This document shows, piece after piece, positions 12,601-21,298 of a DNA stretch of 64,000 nt. The notes beneath the pieces are model-generated. The model did not search any database, was not told the DNA's origin, and saw nothing but the letters and a program-made list of their open reading frames with translations. This DNA comes from Paraspadella gotoi (taxonomy: Eukaryota; Animalia; Chaetognatha). The stretch is taken from contig CM119267.1 in NCBI GenBank assembly GCA_051294375.1, forward strand, positions 4,633,885-4,697,884, read 5' to 3'. Numbering within the stretch: the first letter of the stretch is position 1; every line of letters starts with the position of its first letter. A program made the translations under genes and the position numbers.

Positions 12601-15600
12601 GACTCTTAACATATACAATTAAACGATTTTAGTACTGAAATTATTTTTGCCAGAATCAAGTTGGAAAATCTTTGTTAATTAAAAATGAAGAATTCTTTTC
12701 TCTCTAAATCTCATCACACAACGAAAGAAAGAAATAACACAATGTCTCTTAAAAATGACGAATTTAGGTGGAACTTCAACCGCAGACAGGGGACAGTGGC
12801 ACCAAGATCTCGAGGGAAGACTTCATAGACAATACGGCCAGGTGAGAAATCCATCTCGGTGCTCTTTTATTTTTTTCGAATTAATAATTAACATCATTAC
12901 ATCATAATTAACATCCTAGGACCTACCCTAATTTCTAAAAAAAACACAATACAGGGACATCCTGGAGAAGTTGCCCGAAAACTTTCCCTATGACGAAATC
13001 AGGAAGAGATACGGAATCGAGGTTCACCCTACGACCGTCGTCCTCCTGCAGGAGTTGCAACGATTCAATCAACTCGTGTCCCGGATGAGATTATCAATGA
13101 ATAATCTTCGCAGGGTAAGTTCTTATATTCTTAAACTTCATTGACTGTCTGGATTTTTCACTACATAATTTTTTTTCATAATCTTTTTATTGAATATAAT
13201 GAAAACTTTTTTCTACAATGCAATTTTTTAGTTTATCTTGGCCTGTTTGTGACAAAATTTTTTGGTAATAGATATTTAGCCTCGTGTAGTAATGGTAGTA
13301 ATAGTAGTTATACTATTGTTTGTTAATGACCAAACAATATACATCTAACACAAAATTTTATTACAGCATTAAACCATGCAAAACCAAGCATTATACAGAG
13401 GATTGCAAAAAATTTACAAATATAACACAAACTACAAAGTTTGCCATCCGATATCTTTAGCCGAATGTTTGACTAGTAAAATACAATATCAAAATACAAA
13501 TTGTGGACGTTAAAAAATATGGTTAAATAATATGCTATGTTGAATTCAAAATTTAGAGAATATATTTGAACCAATTAAAAACATAAACTTTAATAAGTTT
13601 TTTATTTTTTCGAATTTCGAGTTACTCTTCTGTTTGGAACCGTTTCATTTAGCTCAGCTTGCGATGGAATGGCCTTTGTTCTCTTTCTTGTAGTTTTTGT
13701 CGGGTGTGAATCTACTATAATTTTGGAAGATACTTTTGTTGCCTCCCTGACGTCTGAGACTTTTCTTGTACGTAGAGATCTTTTTGGTCGAACCTCCAAC
13801 GTGGATTTATTTGGTGCCTCGTTACTTGTTATCATTTGCACTTTTTCTAGAGAATTTTCAGCATGATCATCAGCATCAGTGAAACTTAATTCTTCAGTTC
13901 TTTTGGACCTTTTACATCTTTGTACCCTTTTATTTTCTTTAATTCCACTATCTGGATGTAAATAAGGTTCAGCACCTAAATTTTCAGCACGAATAGATGA
14001 CTTTTTGATCTCATGTTGTTTGGCTCTGCTACCATCTTTTTTAACATTTTTGGTTTCTACTGTTATATTAATTTTTTCTTGATTCCTTTGAGACCTGGTT
14101 ACTCTCTTTTGAATTTGATTTTTTGTGATACTGATATCAGACACATCTGTTGACTTTTGAGGAGTTAAGCACAGTGAGAGTATTTTCTTAGGTTTTGTAC
14201 AAACATCTTCTTCAGATACTCTTTTATTTGAAAGCTTTTTTTTAGTGGATTCATTCAAGATCTTAGGAGTCTTTTTTTCTGTTTTATCCATTCTGTTTTT
14301 ATCAATCATTTCGGATTTATCTTGAGATCTGTGCACCTTGTTTATGGAATTCTGTGACCTTGTGGTCCTTGGTATTACGGTAACATTAGTCGGATTAGCT
14401 TTTGTATTCATGGTTACATCAGAAATGCATTCTTTCATAGTATCAACATGTGACTTTTTCTGTTTGGGCAAATTTTCTTTTTCCGCTGATTTCTTGTTCA
14501 ATTTTACTGAATGTGAACTTTTTGTCTCCTGTTTTTTATCTGCAGCATAGCTTGAATTTTGTATTTTAACAGAAGTTTCAAAAATGTTTTGCTTACCAAC
14601 AATCACGTGTTGATTTTCAAACTTTGAAATATTGATAATTTGCGTCTCCTTAATGAAATTTTCTTTTCCGACTTCCAAAGACTTATCTATGTTACTTAGT
14701 TCAGGTTCAGGTACTTCTTTAGGAGTGTTGAACATTTTTTCAACTCCATCAAAGTTGATTTCATTTTCCTTATTAGAAACCTTTGGCGTGTTGAACATTT
14801 TTTTTACTCCGATAAAGCATTGAATTTGTTCTGGATGAGGGGTTTTTAAAAGTTCTTTTGTTCCCAAAAACTGTGTTTCAGTTGTACTTTTTGGAGTATT
14901 CAATATCTCTTTAACACCAATTAAATTAAGATTTCTTTCAGGTTTAGGTGTTTTTAAAAGGCTTTTTATTCCAAAAATTCGATTCTGTTCAATATTTTTG
15001 GGGGTATTTAATAATTCTTTTATTCCTGATAAATTTTGTTCATTTCCTTGGTCGGGAGTTTTTAATAATTCTTTCAAACCCAACAGATTTTGCTCTTTGT
15101 CAACTTTAGGAGTATTCATAATTTCTTTAACGCCGGTCAAATTCGCTTCATGTTCAAGATGAGGCGTTTTAAACAGTTCTTTCATGCCTATTAACTTTTT
15201 CTCCGTAACATTTTTTGGAGTATTTAACAGTTCTTTAACGCCAATTAAATCGTGGTCAGTGTTTGGTTGGGGTGTTTTTAACAATTCTTTCATGCCAACA
15301 AGATTTTGAGGTAAATAAATTTTTGGAGTAGTAAAAATTGTTTTTACTCCAATCAAATTTGGATTTACATCCGCGGGAGGTGTCTTAAATAGTTGTTTTA
15401 GGCCTAACAGTCTTTTTTCAGTAGTATATTTTGGGGAATTTAGCAACTCTTTAATGCCAATCAAATTTGAATCATTTTTTTCATAGGGAGTCTTCATAAG
15501 CTCCTTTATCCCTGTCAAATTTTGCTCCTTTTGTGATATGGGAGTGTTTAAAAGTTCTTTAACACCAGTCAAATTTGCTTCACATTCTGATGAGGGAGTA

Positions 15601-18600
15601 TTCACAAGTTCTTTCAAACCAACTAAACATTGATGATCATCGTTTTTCGGACTTTTCAGCATTTCTTTTATTCCTAAAAATTTGAGCTCCTTCTGTTGAT
15701 GGGGTGTATTTAAAAGTTCTTTCAACCCAACAATATTCTGTTCAATTTCTGAATTAGGGGTTTTATAAAGCTCTTTTAGGCCTTGTAGATTTGTTTCTCT
15801 TTCTGGATTATGAGTTTTTAACAGTTCTTTTACATCTAACAGTTTTGGAGAATTTAAAATTTCTTTTACGCCAATGTAATTTGCTTCATTTTCCTGTTGG
15901 GGAGTATTTAAAAGTTCTTTCACTCCGACAAAATTTGTATCATTTTGTTTGCTATCGAAAATTTGATTTATATCTTTTTCTTGGTCGGATGTTTTCACAA
16001 GTTCAAATTCTGATTGAGGGGTATTGAGAAGCTCTTTTATGCCTTTTAGATTTCCTTCTTTTTCTGAGATGTGAGTGTTTAAAAGTTTTTTCACGCCAAG
16101 AAAACTTGTTTCATTTTGTTCTCGCTGGAAAATTGGATTCATATGTTTATCTTGGTCTGAGGTTATTTCAAGTTCATCACCAGTAAAGCTTAGGAGTTTT
16201 TCGGCATTTGAATTAAGTAAAAGTTCTTCCGAGCGTGAAACTATTTCCTTGGTTATTACTCCTGGTGTGATCATTTCTTCAACTCTGACAAAACTTTTTT
16301 CAGTGTAAGGAGTATGGAAAAGTTGTTTGGTCCCCAAATCTTTTGGTGATGTATCAATTTTGGGAGTCTTTGAATTTTCTTTCTCCCTAATGGACTTAGG
16401 ATCGTTTTCATCGGATTTTTCCGATAAGTCCAATTTTTCGTTATTCTCATTGAAACTCATTTCTTCAAATAATAATGAATCGTTCAACTTGGTTGGAGTA
16501 TTTAGTCTAACAGGGGTTCGAAAGTTAAACTGACGTTGATCACAAGGAGAATTTTTAGAAAATGATTCAGTCAAGGAATCTAATTGCTTTTCCGGTCGTG
16601 ATTTAGTTTGGATGCTTTTACGCAAGTTCTCAGCTGTTAAACTCGATTTCTGCTTCCTGTTTTCTGGAGTCATAAATGGGTTATAATATTTCAGATTAAG
16701 TTGTTCAGGGGATCTAAAATCGTACCTTTTCATAATGGAAGCGGCCTTTTTGATTGAGCATGGGGTTTTTGGAGAATTTTTGTCATTGCTCTTAAATGGT
16801 TTTCTTCTTGCTCCACTCAAATTTTCTGAAGTATTGACTTTAGCTATAGAATGTCTCAATGATCTTCTTGGTGTCCGTTTGACACATTGATTTACTGGGA
16901 TGGAAAGTCGCCTGTATGGATTTTTTTCTTGTCTATTTGTGTTGGAGTAATTATTGCATGACATTTGTGTTGAGCGAATTGACAAATCTTGAGATTTCTT
17001 CTCTGCATTAGAATCATTACTTTTTAAAGAATTGGGTGAATTAATCTGCTCTATATCTTTTTTTTCATTCATTTTTAATGACACGTGAGATTTTGAAAAA
17101 AAATTGGTCGTTTCGTTTGTTTTTTTATAATGAGATGTTTTTCTTGTATTAATTTCTTTAGATGTATATGAATCCGCTGAAGCAACTGGCAAGGAACGCC
17201 TTTTTGGAACAATTAACGAATCTTTCTTTGCGCAGTTTTTTTCCTGCATTACAAATGCTACCGACTTCCGGCTGTTCCCCTGCTTTGACCTTTTAATAGC
17301 GGTTCGATTAATGAAGGGTAATTTTATTGATTTGCTTTTGCTATTTTCTGAAATCTTAGGAGAACCATGTAGAACTTTTTCTGAAACTGACAATCTTACC
17401 GACCTTCTTGGCGTAGTTTGTTTTGCAGAAGCCATGACTGATGAAAGTCTGCTAGTTTGCTTTTTCGTATTTGCTTCACCTTGTTTGTCAGCTATTTTCT
17501 CCAATTTTTCAAAATTGTCAGCAGCCGTAGATTTCCTGATTGATCTTCGTGGTGTAGCATTACGTGACTGTGTGCTATTTATTTTAACAAGACCGGTTGA
17601 GCCAATATTTATTCTAAACTTTTTCAAGTCTAACGAGATTACGTCTTTGTTTTTAATTGCTGTTTTTTCTACAATTTGAGAATCATTCAAAATCGTTTTA
17701 TGTACCAAAGTTAACGGTTCTAAAAATACTTGATCGTTCTCCAAAGTGATGTGACACTGCTCTTCCGCAACCGTTGGTAAAAGCACTTGAACGTCGCTCT
17801 CTGCAGAATGTCCAATCACGCATCGTTTGGGCTGCATTGCGGATCCTGGGATCGAGGGCCCATCTTCACCGTTTCTCTTGATAAGAGTCAAGGAAAATCC
17901 TATGCTTTCCAGCGTCAGCATGTTCATACTTTTGTTTTATCATGAGTACAAACTGAAAGATAAAAAAACCAGAAATGAGATAATATTGAGAACGAAACTT
18001 TAAATAAATATTGATTGAAAATAAAGACGGAAATGTTATTTTTTAAACTTATAGATTCTTGGAGTATAGAAAAAATGCGCAAATTAATTGAAACAATCGA
18101 AAAAACAACCAAAAATCTTTTTTTTTTTGCAAGAAATAAAGAAAGACAACCATATTATGAATAATATGTACAACAATTGTAAATGTATAGAGGAGTTTTA
18201 TTATTCCATAAAATTAATAAAAAAAACTAAAATAGCTAAAAACTTGTTATAATTACTACTTTTCATCGCATTGTCATCGCATCGCATCGTATCGCATTGA
18301 CGTCGGTTGTTCGAAATCGCGCCGCCAAATTTGAATTTGAAGAAGAGGAGAGATTCTCTTTGAACCAATTAGACAAAGAAGAGCGTTTAACGGAATCCGA
18401 GATCGAGTTTGAGCCCGTCTCTGATTTGAAAACCGTTTTAAAATTTAAAAAGTGGTTACAATGAAAAGGGTAGCAAGTGATGATGTTATGTTGTATATTA
18501 TAAGGTATTTAGGAAAAACAGTTTTAATGTGGCAACGAATTTTTATTGACAAGTAAGTCGGACATGTTTCGACTCTTATAGAGTTAGTCTTCATCAGCAA

Positions 18601-18764
18601 GTGATTTTTAACAACAATTATCTCTGTGAAAGTTGAGTTTAGTGAGAGAGAGAGAGAGACAGAGAGAGATGGAGATTCCAACAAAGAATTGAGTGAGAGA
18701 GTGGTTAGATGTGAGGACAGTTCAAGGTAAGGACAGGGGAAGTAGAAGTAAGATTGTGAAAATG

Positions 18765-18810
<46 letters not shown>

Positions 18811-20205
18811 AATTGAAATTAATACATTTAGTAATGTACAACAGAGAAAATAAGAATAAATAAGTAAACTTAAAGATTAACTAAGTAATACTACTATTAA
18901 CAACTATTAACTACTATTAAAACTGTTTTTCCTAAATGCTAAAAACAACGAAATCGAAAGTCTATACATAATATTATAATGTATTATATTATATGGTTAA
19001 ATTTTACTCTCATGTGAAAATTTTTAGAGTACTATTTTTACGATATAAGTATTGAGAACTACTTTGTTTAAACTTAAAATCCAGTGTTTATTAAAAAGTA
19101 ATAAATTTAAACTTATATTATAATAGTGACTTTCGTTTCATGGCTGTTAATTTATTACATTTTTATTACGTCTTATATAATTTAAATTTTAAAACGTTAT
19201 TTTTCCCTAACCTCTACAAAACAAAAGGCACTCGCCGGGGAGGTCGGAATGAGCGCCGAGCTTGACGACGTCGCTCGCTGCCTCTACAACGGACTCATCC
19301 CCAACATCTGGCGCCGACTAGCGCCCGAGACGCTAAAGAATCTCGGCAACTGGATCATTCATCTCTTGTCGCGTTACGATCAATACAACAGATGGGTGCG
19401 TGACCCATAATACCCATATTGAACTCTTTTCCATCACGACATCATTTTTCACTTTATCCCAAGATAATATTTAACTCCCCTTTTTCCACAGGTTTATGAG
19501 AGTGAGCCCGCGGTGGTTTGGCTCTCAGGACTTCACATCCCGGAGTCCTACTTGACGGCATTGGTGCAAGCGACTTGTCGCAAAAACGGTTGGCCGCTGG
19601 ATAAATCGACGCTCTACACCTCCGTCACCGCCTACCGGACGCCCGAGGAACTTACGGAGCGAGCTCATTCGGGTAAGCAGCTTGCTGAGCATTGTGGTAC
19701 ATGCTGGTATAAGCGGTTTACATAGCAGCGACGACGACCGATTAACGATTAATAAGGACCGCAATAATCCGAAAAACGTCATCCTGACGCTTATCATTGT
19801 CCTCAATTAGGCTGCTTCGTCAAGGGGCTCTACTTAGAGGGCGCTGGATGGAGTATGGAGCATGGATGCTTGACCAGATCCAACCCGAAGGAACTCATCA
19901 TCGAGTTACCCATTCTAAGGGTCATCCCGATCGAGTCTCATCGGCTTAAGTTGCAGGTGAAATGATACGTTTCGTTAAGAAGATCTATTGATTTTTATCG
20001 AACATTTTGTTATATTGTCTTTAATATTTTATATGATCGACCTCTTTTAATTAAACAGAACACTTATCGAACGCCCGTCTACACGACGTCCCAGCGTCGC
20101 AACGCGATGGGCGTCGGCCTCGTCTTCGAGGCGGATCTTCACACCAACGAACATTCGAGTCACTGGACGCTGCAAGGCGTTTGTCTCATGCTAAACACAG
20201 ACTGA
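1..20205 (+). CDS. DNAH10: Axonemal dynein heavy chain, DNAH10-like; 3' part (AAA5-AAA6 to C-terminus), 5' end outside the window
   Basis: In-frame exons include 1-129, 6844-6984, 7900-8032, 8469-8602, 9007-9182, 9593-9725, 10153-10294, 10461-10662, 10733-10813, ~10894-10965, ~11074-11235, 11572-11755, ~12468-12577, ~12768-12841, ~12955-13114, 19228-19395, ~19492-19672, ~19811-19956 and ~20059-20205. Motifs: [98 protein letters not shown] and C-terminal [14 protein letters not shown], which is characteristic of DNAH10. Confidence 0.92.
1193..3849 (-). CDS. Nested antisense gene: unrecognised protein of about 460 aa with Tyr/Gly/Pro-rich segments, a degenerate C-type-lectin-like region and a long Ala/Glu/Arg/Lys helix; one apparent frameshift
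   Basis: Six exons with GT-AG boundaries and consistent phases: 3849-3602, 3147-2985, 2804-2718, 2593-2387, 2171-1971 and 1680-1193. The last exon is 488 nt, a net 1-nt loss near 1555-1585. Codon usage is GC-rich like the other exons. The gene lies inside dynein intron 130-6843. Confidence 0.75.
1800..1970. repeat. CT/T-rich microsatellite
   Basis: (CT)n and CTTT low-complexity tract in an intron of the nested gene. Confidence 0.8.
4248..4362 (-). promoter_or_regulatory. TATA box and non-coding first exon of the nested gene
   Basis: Minus-strand GGAGTATAAAAGAGG at about 4351-4365, a donor AAG/GTACAA at about 4247, and an acceptor TTATTCAG about 14 nt before the ATG at 3849. Confidence 0.55.
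6226..6628. repeat. Compound minisatellite: (CT)n blocks punctuated by TCTCTATTTATTTGTC
   Basis: The motif ctctatttatttgtc recurs near 6240, 6356, 6421, 6484 and 6556, separated by (CT)n. Confidence 0.9.
13602..17927 (-). CDS. MKI67: Ki-67-like protein (N-terminal FHA domain, RVxF-type motif, tandem KEL-x-x-TP repeats, basic C-terminus); single coding exon nested in a dynein intron
   Basis: 1441-aa ORF. The N-terminus LIKRNGEDG...[25 protein letters not shown]...TILND...IKNKDVISL resembles the Ki-67 FHA domain. It has KSVAF (PP1-docking type) and about 25 repeats such as [11 protein letters not shown], similar to the Ki-67 FKELF-TP motif. Located in intron 13115-19227. Confidence 0.75.
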   Translation of the reverse strand: MNMLTLESIGFSLTLIKRNGEDGPSIPGSAMQPKRCVIGHSAESDVQVLLPTVAEEQCHITLENDQVFLEPLTLVHKTILNDSQIVEKTAIKNKDVISLDLKKFRINIGSTGLVKINSTQSRNATPRRSIRKSTAADNFEKLEKIADKQGEANTKKQTSRLSSVMASAKQTTPRRSVRLSVSEKVLHGSPKISENSKSKSIKLPFINRTAIKRSKQGNSRKSVAFVMQEKNCAKKDSLIVPKRRSLPVASADSYTSKEINTRKTSHYKKTNETTNFFSKSHVSLKMNEKKDIEQINSPNSLKSNDSNAEKKSQDLSIRSTQMSCNNYSNTNRQEKNPYRRLSIPVNQCVKRTPRRSLRHSIAKVNTSENLSGARRKPFKSNDKNSPKTPCSIKKAASIMKRYDFRSPEQLNLKYYNPFMTPENRKQKSSLTAENLRKSIQTKSRPEKQLDSLTESFSKNSPCDQRQFNFRTPVRLNTPTKLNDSLLFEEMSFNENNEKLDLSEKSDENDPKSIREKENSKTPKIDTSPKDLGTKQLFHTPYTEKSFVRVEEMITPGVITKEIVSRSEELLLNSNAEKLLSFTGDELEITSDQDKHMNPIFQREQNETSFLGVKKLLNTHISEKEGNLKGIKELLNTPQSEFELVKTSDQEKDINQIFDSKQNDTNFVGVKELLNTPQQENEANYIGVKEILNSPKLLDVKELLKTHNPERETNLQGLKELYKTPNSEIEQNIVGLKELLNTPHQQKELKFLGIKEMLKSPKNDDHQCLVGLKELVNTPSSECEANLTGVKELLNTPISQKEQNLTGIKELMKTPYEKNDSNLIGIKELLNSPKYTTEKRLLGLKQLFKTPPADVNPNLIGVKTIFTTPKIYLPQNLVGMKELLKTPQPNTDHDLIGVKELLNTPKNVTEKKLIGMKELFKTPHLEHEANLTGVKEIMNTPKVDKEQNLLGLKELLKTPDQGNEQNLSGIKELLNTPKNIEQNRIFGIKSLLKTPKPERNLNLIGVKEILNTPKSTTETQFLGTKELLKTPHPEQIQCFIGVKKMFNTPKVSNKENEINFDGVEKMFNTPKEVPEPELSNIDKSLEVGKENFIKETQIINISKFENQHVIVGKQNIFETSVKIQNSSYAADKKQETKSSHSVKLNKKSAEKENLPKQKKSHVDTMKECISDVTMNTKANPTNVTVIPRTTRSQNSINKVHRSQDKSEMIDKNRMDKTEKKTPKILNESTKKKLSNKRVSEEDVCTKPKKILSLCLTPQKSTDVSDISITKNQIQKRVTRSQRNQEKINITVETKNVKKDGSRAKQHEIKKSSIRAENLGAEPYLHPDSGIKENKRVQRCKRSKRTEELSFTDADDHAENSLEKVQMITSNEAPNKSTLEVRPKRSLRTRKVSDVREATKVSSKIIVDSHPTKTTRKRTKAIPSQAELNETVPNRRVTRNSKK
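14715..16110 (-). repeat. Coding tandem repeat with an ~54-bp (18-aa) period, about 25 copies
   Basis: Consensus N-L-x-G-[VIL]-K-E-L-[LF]-[NK]-T-P-x6, counted by eye in the translation. Confidence 0.9.
18310..18430 (-). promoter_or_regulatory. Cell-cycle-type promoter of the Ki-67-like gene (E2F/CDE-CHR-like sites and CCAAT)
   Basis: Minus strand TTTGGCGGCGCGATTTCGAA at 18329-18310, tandem TTTGAA at 18330-18341 and CCAAT at 18365-18369. A probable 5'UTR intron ends at TTTCAG near 17953. Confidence 0.55.
18507..18937. mobile_element. MITE-like or foldback element with 22-bp perfect inverted repeats and internal (GA)n
   Basis: ATTTAGGAAAAACAGTTTTAAT at 18507-18528 and its reverse complement at 18916-18937. 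Confidence 0.5.
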
Positions 20206-21298
20206 AACAAAAGAACAAAACAATATAATAAAGTGAAAGAGAAAAAAAAAGAACAATTTATGTTTGTTTTCCTTAAAACTTTCATTATTGGTTCGTTTCC
20301 TTTTTTTGTTTTGTGCTTTTCTTTTTTGCACGAATTTATCAAGTTTAATGTTTTAGTTTTACAAAATCAAATGCTCGATCGAAGAAAGCCACCAAAAAAG
20401 AGAATATTTTTTTTTACATAATTCATGTTTCGCTAAACGCACGTCTACGAAACACATGTATCTTACTGTATTTATTTGGTTGCTTAAGTGGGTTACAGAT
20501 GCGACAGCTTGTTTTGTTTACATTCTTTGATGACAATGGAAATACTTTTCGTTTCTAATTTTACACACAAGAATTTTACAAGATATAAGTATATTTACAC
20601 CTGTTTTACATCTTCCGATTGAATAAGGAAATAAATGTGCTTAACGCCTGTCTGTTAAACTGAAAGTTCTAATTCATTCACACGCGATGGCGATGCTTCT
20701 CAGGAAGGACGAGACAGAAAAGAAATAGATAAGTAAATACAACGTTAAAAGCTAAAAGATTTACTAGCAAAGAAAAACAAAAAAGTTAAGAAGATATTTC
20801 ATACTTTTAAAGCAAACAAGTCAGTAGGACCTTCAAGCGCGCAATCACGTTCCTTCCTCCCATGGTTCGTGATTCTCATCATTATCATCTTCAAATGTTA
20901 ATCATGTCGCGATCACGTTTTCGCACGCGTCACGATTTCACGCGATTCTTTCCTTCTTTGTGAACGGGCTGAGTCAACGCGGAGAACAAAACTCAAAAAC
21001 TACATTCTCACTCTCGAAGATTTAAAAATAAATCAATTCTTCAAATATTCCGTTCATATATGGATATTGGATAAGATATAATACAGAAGAGACGCAAAAC
21101 ATGTTGCCGGAAAATGCTCCGTTTAATTTCGGCGCGCCATTACGACCCGTATGGGTGTTTCGATCCGGAGTCGATCCACCGTCGCCGAAAAGTCCAACCA
21201 GGTCCGCCCTACGACGTTGAGGCGCCGTTCCGGTTCTCAACCGAATTCGGTTTTGACGCCGACTCGGTTCTCGATGCTGATTTCGAACGCCGCCAGAA

